64,000 bases of DNA from an uncultured Acidobacteriota bacterium (lineage in GTDB: Bacteria; Acidobacteriota; JAQAZP01). The stretch is taken from contig CAWIIB010000009.1 of the NCBI GenBank assembly GCA_963836075.1, positions 384,001-448,000 on the forward strand, in the 5' to 3' direction. The notes beneath the pieces are model-generated. The model was not told the DNA's origin, searched no databases, and was given only the letters and a program-made list of their open reading frames with translations. Below, one piece after another: positions 20,087 through 29,615 of the stretch (its first letter is position 1; each line of letters starts with the position of its first letter). A program made the position numbers and the translations under genes.

Positions 20087-21850
20087 ATGCCCGGCCTGGC
20101 CGGCATACTGGGAACTGAAGATGCACGGGGTGTCCTGGAGCAGGTGGTCTCCCGGCTGCGGCACCGCTCCGGTTACGATGTCTCCACCTTCTGGCGGCCC
20201 GGCCTGGCCCTGGCCCTGGTGGAACGGCCGGCCCCCACCACCGCCGGCGGCCGGTCCGAGGTCATTGAACTCTCCGGCGCCGGCGACCTGCTGCTGGTCC
20301 ACGGCACCCCGGGCAGCGCTCCGGACGGCTCGGAAGCATCCGACTGGGTCCGCACCTGCCTCGACCGGGACCGGCCCGCCGACCTTGTGCTGCTGAATGG
20401 GAGCTTTCACGCCGCCCACGTCTCCGGCGCCCGGGTAGTGCTGGTCAGCGACCGCTTCGGCCACCAGCCGCTCTACCTGGCCCGTTTCCGGGGCGGCCTG
20501 GCCTTCGCCCCCGAGGTCCAGGCACTGGCCGGGCTGCCGGGCGTGGACACCGCACCCGACCTGCCGGCCATCCGGCAGCTGCTGGAGCACGGCCACCCCT
20601 TTGACCAGCGGACACTGCTCAGCGGTGTGGAGCTGCTGCCGGCGGGAGCGGTGACCGAGGTCACCCCCGGCGGCCGGATCAGCCGCCCCTGGTTTCAGTT
20701 CGATCCGCCGGCGGTGAACCCGGCCCTGGGAGCGGAAGACATCGGCCGGACCATGGAGGGCGCCGTCGAATCGGCACTGCAACAGGTCTCCAGCGGGGCA
20801 CGGGTCGGCTGCATGCTCTCCGGCGGCATGGACTCGCGCACCATCGCCGCCGAAGCGGCGGCCCTGGGGGCCAGCCCCACCGCAATCACCTTTGGCACCC
20901 CCGGTTCGCCCGACGTGCAACTGGCCGGGCAGGTGGCCGGCGTTCTCGGTCTGCGCCACCTGGTCTTTCGTCTCGATCCGGTGAGGGTGGCTGATGCGCT
21001 TCCCGAAGCGGCACTGGTCACCGGCGGCACCACCGGCATCGCCCACCTTGCCGGACACGCCACCAACCTGGAGATTGCCGCCGAGGCGGACGTGATCCTC
21101 TCCGGGATGTGCGGCGATGTGATCATGGGCAACGTGCCGGCCGACATCCCCTCACGCCCGGCGAGGGCAGCTCGCGGGCTGCCGGACCTCCAGGCACGGC
21201 TGCTGATGGCGCAAGAGTTCAGGCAGGCCGGCGAGAAGGAGTACCAGGCGAGCATCGAGGCCGATGCATCGAACTATCCCGAGGGGACCGGGTTGGCGGT
21301 GATCTACACCTTCGAGTCCATGCGCTGCCGCTGGCAGCGAATGACCCTCTCCGGGGTGGTCTCGCGGCGCATCGACACCGCTGTCCTGCTGCCCTTCTTT
21401 CACCAGCCGCTGCTGGAGACCGCCTTTGCCCTGCCCCGGGAGTTGCGGCAACACCAGGCGGCCTACCTGGCGAGCTTCTGCGCCCGTCACCCCCGATGCG
21501 CCGCCATCCCCTGGGAGCGCACCGGCCGGCCGCCAACCGCGGGCGGCGCTCCCCCACCGCTGCCCGGCCGGTCCGCACGAGCCCTCCTCCGCCGCCTCGC
21601 CGCACTGGTGGGCCTCGACTCCGGTAGGAAAGCCGGGCACTTCGACTTCGCCGCCGAGCTCCGCCGCCCCGGCCCGCTGCGCACCATGGCCGAAGAGTTA
21701 CTTACCGACCGGACTGCGTCCCACCGCCCGTGGCTCAACGCCGAGGGCGTCAGCACGCTGCTCAGCGAGCACGCGGAAGGGCGGGCCAACCACCTCCACC
21801 CGCTCACCCGGGCGATGACCATCGAACTGTTTCTGCGAGCCATCGCGTAA
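20087..21850 (+). CDS. Asparagine synthase-related amidotransferase (N-terminal Cys absent)
   Basis: GGAGG RBS; MPGLAG start, LNGSF, SDRFGHQPLY, MLSGGMDSR, LSGMCGD. Confidence 0.82.
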   Translation: MPGLAGILGTEDARGVLEQVVSRLRHRSGYDVSTFWRPGLALALVERPAPTTAGGRSEVIELSGAGDLLLVHGTPGSAPDGSEASDWVRTCLDRDRPADLVLLNGSFHAAHVSGARVVLVSDRFGHQPLYLARFRGGLAFAPEVQALAGLPGVDTAPDLPAIRQLLEHGHPFDQRTLLSGVELLPAGAVTEVTPGGRISRPWFQFDPPAVNPALGAEDIGRTMEGAVESALQQVSSGARVGCMLSGGMDSRTIAAEAAALGASPTAITFGTPGSPDVQLAGQVAGVLGLRHLVFRLDPVRVADALPEAALVTGGTTGIAHLAGHATNLEIAAEADVILSGMCGDVIMGNVPADIPSRPARAARGLPDLQARLLMAQEFRQAGEKEYQASIEADASNYPEGTGLAVIYTFESMRCRWQRMTLSGVVSRRIDTAVLLPFFHQPLLETAFALPRELRQHQAAYLASFCARHPRCAAIPWERTGRPPTAGGAPPPLPGRSARALLRRLAALVGLDSGRKAGHFDFAAELRRPGPLRTMAEELLTDRTASHRPWLNAEGVSTLLSEHAEGRANHLHPLTRAMTIELFLRAIA

Positions 21851-21885
21851 AGAACGCCTGGCCGCCATACCGGAGCGATAATGAT

Positions 21886-22071
21886 ATGAGCACAACAGCA
21901 CACCCTCAGAAGGCCGACCTGCTTCTCGCCCTGCACACGGCCGAAGACCTGCTGATCCTGCCCAACATCTGGGACCCGCTGGGGGCCCGCATCCTGCAGA
22001 CCAGGGGCTCGGGTCCGGTGATCAACGAAGTGCAATCCAGGATTCACGCCATCCTCGAATACGACGGGTGA
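21886..22071 (+). pseudogene. N-terminal fragment of an isocitrate lyase/PEP-mutase family protein
   Basis: KADLLLALH..LLILPNIWDPLGARILQTRG then similarity ends; 61 aa only. Confidence 0.6.
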
Positions 22072-22146
22072 TCCCGCCGTATACAGATTCAGCCGCTGAA
22101 CCGGCGGGTTGCCCGGGCAATCCACCGCAACCGTTCGAGGTCATGG

Positions 22147-22377
22147 ATGGCCCAGTGGTATGACATCTTCACCCGTATTTTTATCGGTGCCCTGATCGTC
22201 GACTACCTCTGCCTGGCGGTTATCTTCATCAGAAAGTTCAGGCAGCACGGCATGCAGTTGCCCGGCCTGGTGGAACTGGACCCTGTCGACATGCAGATCC
22301 TCAAGTATGCCGGGTTCATCTTTCTCTTCGGACTGCTGAATTTCATCGCCTATCTCATTTCCCTCTACTACTTTTAG
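22147..22377 (+). CDS. Small two-TM hypothetical membrane protein
   Basis: 76 aa, two hydrophobic segments, GAGG upstream. Confidence 0.55.
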   Translation: MAQWYDIFTRIFIGALIVDYLCLAVIFIRKFRQHGMQLPGLVELDPVDMQILKYAGFIFLFGLLNFIAYLISLYYF

Positions 22378-22511
22378 CGCCCCGCCCCCTTCAACATCCC
22401 GCCATATCTGCCGATGCGCAGAACAACGGTGATACCCGGGATAACCGGTTACCTGCTGCTCTCTTACTCTCAAATGTCGTACCGATGAATCAGGTCGCCG
22501 TTCCCGGCTGA

Positions 22512-23378
22512 CTACAACCCTCTGTACCACTCGGGGCGCAGCGGCACCTCGCCCTTCAGCGCCTGGTCGATGAGCGCCAGGGTGGCCTCGCGGTCCTGGG
22601 GCAGGCGGGCCTTGATCGGCAGGTAGTTGGAGGCGTGGTTGGCCATGAACAGGCCGCGGCTGAGGTGGGTGTGCTCGATCATGGTGCGCAGTTCGGCCAG
22701 CATCTCCATGCTGTCGGGCAGGGTGAAGCGGCCGGCCTCGTAGTCGTCGCAGAGCGGCGTGCCGGGGAGCAGCATCAGGCTCAGCGCGCCCACGTAGTCG
22801 GGGTCGATGGCGCTGAGCACCCGGCCGGTGGCTTCGGCGTGCTCCCGGGAACGTTCGGTACCGGCCAGGCCCAGAAGCACGGTGACTGAAAGCCTGATCC
22901 CCGCCTCGCGCACCTTCCGCCCCTCGCGGATCATGGTCCCGGCATCGGCCTTCTTGTTCACCTTGACCAGCGTCTCGTCGTCCCCCGATTCCAGCCCCAG
23001 GTAGACGATACCCAGCTTCTTCGCCTTCAGCGCCCGCAGATCCTCGAGGCTCTTGCGCTTGAGACAGCGGGCATTGGCGTAGATCCCCACCCGGGTGACC
23101 CAGGGCAGTTTCTGGTTGATCAGTTCGAGGATCTCCAGCAGCCGCTCCTGGGGGATGGCCATGGCATCGCCGTCGCAAAGGAAAAGCCGCCGCTGCTGCC
23201 GGCAGTGCTGCGCCGCGAACTCGATGTCGGCCTCGATGATTTCCCGGTTCTTGATCCTGAACGGGTGCTCGTAGGTCCCGCAGAAGGTGCAGTGGTTGTG
23301 CGAACAGCCCACGGTGACCTGGAGCAGGATGCTCAGAGCCTCGCTGGGCGGCCGGATGATGTTGCCTTCGAAGTGCAT
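22512..23378 (-). CDS. Radical SAM Fe-S oxidoreductase
   Basis: MHFEGNIIRPPSEA..QVTVGCSHNHCTFC, FLCDGDA, YLGLESG, ANHASNYL. Confidence 0.9.
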   Translation of the reverse strand: MHFEGNIIRPPSEALSILLQVTVGCSHNHCTFCGTYEHPFRIKNREIIEADIEFAAQHCRQQRRLFLCDGDAMAIPQERLLEILELINQKLPWVTRVGIYANARCLKRKSLEDLRALKAKKLGIVYLGLESGDDETLVKVNKKADAGTMIREGRKVREAGIRLSVTVLLGLAGTERSREHAEATGRVLSAIDPDYVGALSLMLLPGTPLCDDYEAGRFTLPDSMEMLAELRTMIEHTHLSRGLFMANHASNYLPIKARLPQDREATLALIDQALKGEVPLRPEWYRGL

Positions 23379-23607
23379 GGCACTATTGTTGGTCGGGGTC
23401 CCACCGATGTCAATGCGGTCAAGATTACGGTTCCTGACTGATACCGGCCCCACCCGCACCGGAAAATTGATTTCGAGCTTGAAAATCTGAACAATAGAAC
23501 ATATTGTACTTTTCAGTATAATTATTACATGGTTGCACAAGCTGAGAGTTTGACAATATTCATCTTTCGCAATTTAAAGTTCACAGATTGATCTCGGGAG
23601 GTCCTGG

Positions 23608-25398
23608 ATGGCCCGCCTATTCGTCAGCGCTCTCGCCATGACGGCTGCCTTGTTTGTCCTCCCACATCACTGTTCCGCAGAGCTCCTCTACTCCACCTAT
23701 ATCGGTCATATGTTTTCCGACGGTGCCGCCGATGCTACGTTCGATTCTGAGGGCAACATCGTTGTCACGGGCCACACCATCCTGGCCGACTTCCCGACCA
23801 CTCCCGGAGCCTATTACACGAACCGGAACGGCCACAGCGATATATTTGTTGTTCGGCTGGATGCGGAGTTGAACGAGCTCATCTCGTGCACGGTGTTCGG
23901 CGGCAGCAGCGATGAATCCAGCCGCGATGTACTATTCGACTGCGAAGGGCGATGCCTGTTGCTGGGCCGAACTCTTTCTGCCGATTTCCCGACCACTCCC
24001 GGAGCCTGGGATACAAGTTTCAACGGTGAGGCCGACATCTATTTTGCAGTACTCTCGCCTGGATTCGATGAACTGCTTTACTCCTCGTTCTACGGCGGCA
24101 GCGATGGCGACCACGTGCGCGGCGCCGAGCTTCATCCAACCGGCGATCTCTTTATTGCCGGCTCGACGCTCTCACCGGATTTTCCGGTGACCTCCGGGGC
24201 TTACAGCCCGACACATGGCGGTGGTTACGATATTTTCGTCTCACGCTTGTCCCTGGAGGACGGTTTCCCCGTGGCGTCAACATATGTCGGGGGAGACAGT
24301 TGGGAAATGGCCACAGCCCTGGCGATCACCAGCCAGGAAGATGTTGTCGTCGTCGGCAGATCCTACGGCTGGTTCCCCACCACCAGTGGTGCTTACCAAA
24401 CCACGTATCACGGAAACCAGGACATCGTCATCTTCCGAATGAAACCCGACCTTGCTTCTCTGGGGGCGAGCACCTATCTCGGCGGCAGCGATCTTGAAAT
24501 GTCCTCGACGGCCATCGTAGAGGATCCTCAGGGAAACTTTATTCTCTCGGGTAGGACGGACTCCGCCGATTTCCCAGTCACTGCCGGCGCCTGGGACACG
24601 GAGTATTCCGGTCATACGGATAGTTTCATTGCCCGCCTTACGCCCAGGCTTGATGCACTTCTTGCAGCGACATATTCTGCTCCGGAAAATGTGTTCGCTG
24701 GGATTAGGGACCTGCGGGTCTCTCCCGCCGGGGAGATCGTCGCCGTCGGATTCGCCCAGCATCTCTCATACCCGACTTTCCGGGATGCCCGGATCCTGAC
24801 CCTGCCCCTCTCCCTGGAAACCGTTTGCTCGGTAAACCTGCTCGGAGGTGGAGGTATCGATACAGCTGAAGCCATGCTGATTGACGATTCGGGCCGCGTA
24901 GTAGTGGTCGGGGAAACCAACTCCATTGATTTTCCAACCACACCGGGAGCATTCGACACGACACTCAACAGCCCCTACGGCTTTTTCGTTGACTATGATG
25001 CTTTCGTCTCCGTCATAACCCCCGAAGGATATGACACGTTCTACACAAGCCTGTCCTGTTACCCCAACGTTCTCGAGTTGCCGCAAGAGTGCCTGATCAC
25101 GGCCCAGGTCGGCAATGCGTCTCACCATCTGCGGCACATCGATGTCGGGTTGAGTCTCCGACTGCCCGATGGTTCGGTGTTCGAGAACTTTCGTTTCACA
25201 AGTTTTGTTTTCGAAGAAGGCGAGATGCAATGGAACAGGTGGAATCAGCACTTCCCTCCACTCCCGCAACTTGCGGGTACTACGACCTACATCCTCCGCG
25301 CCGTGGACGTTACTCCGGCACCTTGGAACCAGCCGCCCTACCCGCCCAGTGGGAGCAGCGACATTTCGCAGGTGCCGATCGAAATCACGCTGCCCTGA
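23608..25398 (+). CDS. Secreted SBBP (beta-propeller) repeat protein with shared C-terminal domain
   Basis: GGGAGG RBS, signal peptide; repeated GxTxSxDFPTTPGAxD..D[IA]FV..YSTY[IL]GG; ends DVTPAPWNQPPYPPSG..ITLP. Confidence 0.88.
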   Translation: MARLFVSALAMTAALFVLPHHCSAELLYSTYIGHMFSDGAADATFDSEGNIVVTGHTILADFPTTPGAYYTNRNGHSDIFVVRLDAELNELISCTVFGGSSDESSRDVLFDCEGRCLLLGRTLSADFPTTPGAWDTSFNGEADIYFAVLSPGFDELLYSSFYGGSDGDHVRGAELHPTGDLFIAGSTLSPDFPVTSGAYSPTHGGGYDIFVSRLSLEDGFPVASTYVGGDSWEMATALAITSQEDVVVVGRSYGWFPTTSGAYQTTYHGNQDIVIFRMKPDLASLGASTYLGGSDLEMSSTAIVEDPQGNFILSGRTDSADFPVTAGAWDTEYSGHTDSFIARLTPRLDALLAATYSAPENVFAGIRDLRVSPAGEIVAVGFAQHLSYPTFRDARILTLPLSLETVCSVNLLGGGGIDTAEAMLIDDSGRVVVVGETNSIDFPTTPGAFDTTLNSPYGFFVDYDAFVSVITPEGYDTFYTSLSCYPNVLELPQECLITAQVGNASHHLRHIDVGLSLRLPDGSVFENFRFTSFVFEEGEMQWNRWNQHFPPLPQLAGTTTYILRAVDVTPAPWNQPPYPPSGSSDISQVPIEITLP

Positions 25399-25494
25399 AC
25401 CCGCACCGTCAGACAAGCTCAGTCGCCGTACAGAAAATCGCCGGCGGGGTATCAGGATTTTTAACATCCCCGGAAGTTGTCAGGAAATTTACGA

Positions 25495-26451
25495 TCAGGC
25501 CGGGGCCGCCACCGGGCCTTCCTCGGCCTTCGCCTTCAGCTTGCGGAATTTTCCGGAGAGCTTGGTCAGCCTCTGGTCCCACTCCTCGTTGGGTGTCTGC
25601 CCCTCCACCGCCTTGAAGTAGACCTGCATCATCGCCGCCACGGCAAAGGGCTCGATCAGCGCCGCCTTGACGCACCAGGCAAAAACGATGGCCATCACCA
25701 GCCCCCCGAAGGTCGTCGCCCCGGGGAAGAATGCCACCAGCGCCCCCATGGGAGCCAGGAAGAGGAGGAAGACCACAAAGCTGATCAGCCAGATGCCCAG
25801 CATGAGGAAGAAGGCGTTCTTCAGCATGGTGGTGTAGTTCTGCGCGTAGAGGATCACCGCGTCCTTGCTGGTGGCCCAGGGGTTGTCCGAGCGGACACGG
25901 AAGTTGTGGGCGATGATGATCTCGTCGACGTAGGTCAGCGAGAGGGTGATCAGCGTGCCCGCGATGCCCATCAGGCTGTCCAGGCCGGGAATGGGGATGA
26001 AGTTGCCGATGCGGGAGAGGGTGCGGTTCACCATCCGCAGTATCCCCTTCAGCAGCTGGTCCAGACCGAAGAGGAGCGAGGACTCGACGAACCGCTCACG
26101 CACCTTGGACTGGGCGTAGTCGATCTGGCCCTTGCCCCCGGGCAGGCCGGTCTTGCCGTCCAGCAGCTCCACCATGACGGCAATGTGCCCGGCCTTGACC
26201 AGGTAGAGGATGTACTCCCGAATCCAGTACATGATCCCGATGCTGACAGCGAAACCAATGAACCCACCGATGGCGGCGCCGGCCCCCGGTTCCTCGGCAA
26301 AGGAGGTGATCAGATATCCGATCCCGGCGCCGATGCCGGTGACCAGCAGGAAGGTGAAGGCCACCCCCATGTAGACCAGCAGGCGAAAGATGATGAAGGG
26401 CATCGTTTTCACCAGAATGCCAAAGGTCTTGCCGATATCGAAGTCCCACAT
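25495..26451 (-). CDS. Conserved hypothetical membrane protein
   Basis: AAGGAG RBS; MWDFDIG..KTMPF, LYLVKAGHIAV, YVDEIII, ALIEPFA; about 4 TM helices. Confidence 0.8.
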   Translation of the reverse strand: MWDFDIGKTFGILVKTMPFIIFRLLVYMGVAFTFLLVTGIGAGIGYLITSFAEEPGAGAAIGGFIGFAVSIGIMYWIREYILYLVKAGHIAVMVELLDGKTGLPGGKGQIDYAQSKVRERFVESSLLFGLDQLLKGILRMVNRTLSRIGNFIPIPGLDSLMGIAGTLITLSLTYVDEIIIAHNFRVRSDNPWATSKDAVILYAQNYTTMLKNAFFLMLGIWLISFVVFLLFLAPMGALVAFFPGATTFGGLVMAIVFAWCVKAALIEPFAVAAMMQVYFKAVEGQTPNEEWDQRLTKLSGKFRKLKAKAEEGPVAAPA

Positions 26452-26618
26452 GGTTCCGCTCCTTCTGGTATCCACTGGTGGTATGTGACGCACGGCGCCT
26501 GGCCGCTGACTGCTGAAGCCTATGGGTAATGGTATCCTCAATCAGTCGATTTCTGCAATGGCAAGTTTCAGGACACCGCCAACGCCGCTCTCGGGCCTCA
26601 GATGGTGTCCTCCGCCAC

Positions 26619-27365
26619 TTAGAAGGCGAGTTGGATGGCCACGACAATGAGCACCAGGCCGGCCACCCGGTTGAACCAGACCTCGGAGAGCCGGAAAAAG
26701 ACCTTGTTGCCGAGGTAGATGCCGAGCAGGAGCCCGGGGAGGGCGCAGAGGACGTAGAGCAGCACCTGGGTGGTGACCAGGCCGGTGCAGCCGTAGGTCA
26801 CCGTGCGGGCCAGGGCGGCGGCGAAGAAGATCGGCACCAGGGTCTGGCGGAAGGCGTGTTTGGCGAACTTGCGGCCGAACTGCCAGAGGATCGGCGGGCC
26901 GCTGATGCCGAAAAGCCCGCCGCAGAACCCGCCGAAGAAAGTCATCGAGGCATCGGCCGCGCTGCACCGCGGGGGCAGTTCGTCCACCAGCCCCCCGTTG
27001 TCCGCGGCCTTGCCCCGGCCGAGGATGAACCAGAGGCCGAGGACCAGGATGGCCACGCTGAAGATGTAGTCGAACCAGCGTTCGGGGATGGTGACGATGA
27101 GCAGGCCGCCGATCACCGCACCGCTGACGATGGCCGCGGAGAGCGGCAGCCAGAAGCCGGGACGTCCCTTGGGCCGGTCCATGGCCAGCAGCAACGCCCC
27201 GGCGGTCATGTCGAGGATCGAGCTGGTGGCGATCACATCCTGCGGCGCCATGAGCAGCGAGCCGAGGGCGATGACCACGATGGCCGGGCCAAAGCCGGTG
27301 GCCGCCTTGAGCACGAAGGCAACCAGGGCGATCAGCGGCAGCAGGATGTAAGCCAGGTCGATCAC
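26619..27365 (-). CDS. TauE/SafE (TSUP) family transporter
   Basis: GTG start; KAATGFGPA and GGLFGISGPP in a two-fold repeat; about 8 TM. Confidence 0.85.
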   Translation of the reverse strand: MIDLAYILLPLIALVAFVLKAATGFGPAIVVIALGSLLMAPQDVIATSSILDMTAGALLLAMDRPKGRPGFWLPLSAAIVSGAVIGGLLIVTIPERWFDYIFSVAILVLGLWFILGRGKAADNGGLVDELPPRCSAADASMTFFGGFCGGLFGISGPPILWQFGRKFAKHAFRQTLVPIFFAAALARTVTYGCTGLVTTQVLLYVLCALPGLLLGIYLGNKVFFRLSEVWFNRVAGLVLIVVAIQLAF

Positions 27366-27608
27366 GGGTTTGTTTCCACGGCATGAACAGGTCAGCGGGA
27401 GATAGCGTTCCCTGGTTCGGGCTGGAGTATATACCAGGGCCCTGAATGGTGAAACGGGAGGGACGGAGTCCACCCCCGGTTGCGGGTGGCCGCGGAACCG
27501 TTCCTTGACCAGTCCCGTAAAAGATCCTACCCTTGAAATCGTCTCCGGGACGGGATTCACCCGGTCCCGCGGGCACGATCTTTTAACACGAACCGGTTCC
27601 CGAACCCC

Positions 27609-29615
27609 ATGCCCCAGCCGCCCAAAGACCGATTCCTTCTTCTCTGGCCGCTCTTCGCCGCCCTGGCCGCGGGCCTGACCCTGCGCACCATGCTGGTGGC
27701 CCAGTTCAGCCGGCTGCCGCTGTTCCGGCACCCGCTGCTGGACAGCCTGCTCTACCACCAGCAGGCGGTGGATATCGCCGGCGGCAAGCTCGCCGGTGAC
27801 CAGGCCTTCTTCTTCGGCCCGCTCTACCCCTACCTGCTGGGACTGTGCTACACACTCTTCGGCCCCGGCGAACTGGTCCCGCGGGGGATGAACATCGTCC
27901 TGGAGCTGGTGACCATCTCGCTGGTCTTTTTCCTGGCCCGGCGCTGCTTCGGCCCTGCCGCTGCGATCATCGCCTCGGCGGCCTACGCCCTCTATCTCCC
28001 GGCGATCTTCTTCACCGGCCTGCCGCTGATGGCCCCGCTGGTCACCACACTGTTCACCATGCTGGCCCTGCTGCTGGCCATCGCCGCCACCGACAAACCC
28101 TCCAGCGCACGCTGGTGGTTCCTGGCCGGCCTGGCCCTGGGGCTGGGCTGCCTGGCCCGGGCCAACCTGCTGGTCCTCGCCCCGCTCTTCCTCCTGCTGC
28201 TCCACCGTCACCAGCGGGACCGTTTCTGGAAGCTGTCCGGCCTGTTCGTCCTCGGGGTGGTTCTGCTCATCCTTCCGGCCACCCTGCACAATGCCAGGGC
28301 CGAGGGTCAGCTGATCCCGCTCACCACCAACCTGGGGCTGAACTTCTACGTCGGCAACAACGACCAGGCCTCGGGCCGCTACATGCTGCCGCCGGGCCTC
28401 GACGCCCAGAACGACCCCCGGGGCCGGCGGTTCGCCGAGCAGGCCACGGGCCGGGAGATGGGATCCCGCCAGCTGTCCGGCTTCTACCTCTCCCGGGGGC
28501 TGGACTTCGTCGCCGATCAACCCGGCACGGCGCTGGTGCTGCTGCTGAAGAAGTTCCGTCTCTTCTGGCACTTCTTCGAGATCCCCCAGATCTACAACTA
28601 CACGCTGCTCAAGGAGAGCCTGCCGCTCTTGCGGGCGCCGCTGCCCAGCTTCCTGATCGTGTCGCCGCTGGCCCTGGTGGGGATCGGGCTGGTGCTGGTC
28701 CGGCGGAAGGACCCGGCCCGGCTGCTGGCCGCGGCCGCCGGCCTCTACATCCTCTCGCTCCTCCCCTTCTTCATCACCGGCCGCTACCGGCTGCCGCTGG
28801 TGCCGCTGTTGATCGTCTTTTCCGCCTGCACCGTAACCACGCTGGTGCAGAGCGCCCGCTCGCGTAACTATAAAACGCTGGGGATCATCGTTGCCCTGCT
28901 GCTGGTCCTCCCCCTCACCTTCACCGGCTTTCGGCAGCAGGTGCAGCCCTTCGAGCGGTCGCAGTTCTTCAACTCCATCGGCCTGGCCTGCAGGAGCGCC
29001 GGCGACACGGCCGGGGCGGAGGCCTCATTCCGTCGTGCCCTGCAGGACGACCCGCGCAACCCGTTCATCCTGGCCAACCTGGGCCAGTTGCTCGCCCAAC
29101 GGGGTGACGATGCCGGCGCCGTAAACTGCTATGACCGGGCACTGCAGCAGAACCCCGGCTCCACCGAACTCCTCTTTCTCCAGGTCCAGGCCTGCGCCCG
29201 GGCCGGGGAGGTGGACAAGGCCATGGAGAGCTGCCGCCGGCTGCTGGAGATCGACCCCGATTTTTTCCAGGCCAGTTTCGGGCTGGTGGGATTCCACCTC
29301 AGCAAGGGCGAGCCTGCCGAGGCGGCGGCCGCCTTCCGCGACTACGCCCGGTCGAAGCCCGACGACCTCCAGTCGCGGTTCAACCTCACCGACCACCTGG
29401 TGGCGGTGGGCCAGCTGGACCTGGCCGGGGAACTGCTCACCGAGGGCCTGGCCCTGGCCCCGGATGCCGCGCCGCTCCACGGCCGGCTGGGGGATGTGCG
29501 CCTGCGGCAGGGCCGGCCCGCGGAGGCGCGGCAACACCTGGAAGAGGCGCTGCGCCTCGACCCGAACCACGAACCGGCACAGGTCCTGATGCAACGCATC
29601 GAGGAAGGAAAATGA
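27609..29615 (+). CDS. GT-C glycosyltransferase (family 39/ArnT-like) with C-terminal TPRs
   Basis: DSLLYHQQA, PLYPYLLG, LARAN, GLNFYVGNN, RYRLPLVP; about 5 TPR repeats. Confidence 0.88.
   Translation: MPQPPKDRFLLLWPLFAALAAGLTLRTMLVAQFSRLPLFRHPLLDSLLYHQQAVDIAGGKLAGDQAFFFGPLYPYLLGLCYTLFGPGELVPRGMNIVLELVTISLVFFLARRCFGPAAAIIASAAYALYLPAIFFTGLPLMAPLVTTLFTMLALLLAIAATDKPSSARWWFLAGLALGLGCLARANLLVLAPLFLLLLHRHQRDRFWKLSGLFVLGVVLLILPATLHNARAEGQLIPLTTNLGLNFYVGNNDQASGRYMLPPGLDAQNDPRGRRFAEQATGREMGSRQLSGFYLSRGLDFVADQPGTALVLLLKKFRLFWHFFEIPQIYNYTLLKESLPLLRAPLPSFLIVSPLALVGIGLVLVRRKDPARLLAAAAGLYILSLLPFFITGRYRLPLVPLLIVFSACTVTTLVQSARSRNYKTLGIIVALLLVLPLTFTGFRQQVQPFERSQFFNSIGLACRSAGDTAGAEASFRRALQDDPRNPFILANLGQLLAQRGDDAGAVNCYDRALQQNPGSTELLFLQVQACARAGEVDKAMESCRRLLEIDPDFFQASFGLVGFHLSKGEPAEAAAAFRDYARSKPDDLQSRFNLTDHLVAVGQLDLAGELLTEGLALAPDAAPLHGRLGDVRLRQGRPAEARQHLEEALRLDPNHEPAQVLMQRIEEGK

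Noticed and set aside
20087-21850. Lasso peptide cyclase
   Set aside because: No precursor peptide, B1/B2 protein or transporter nearby
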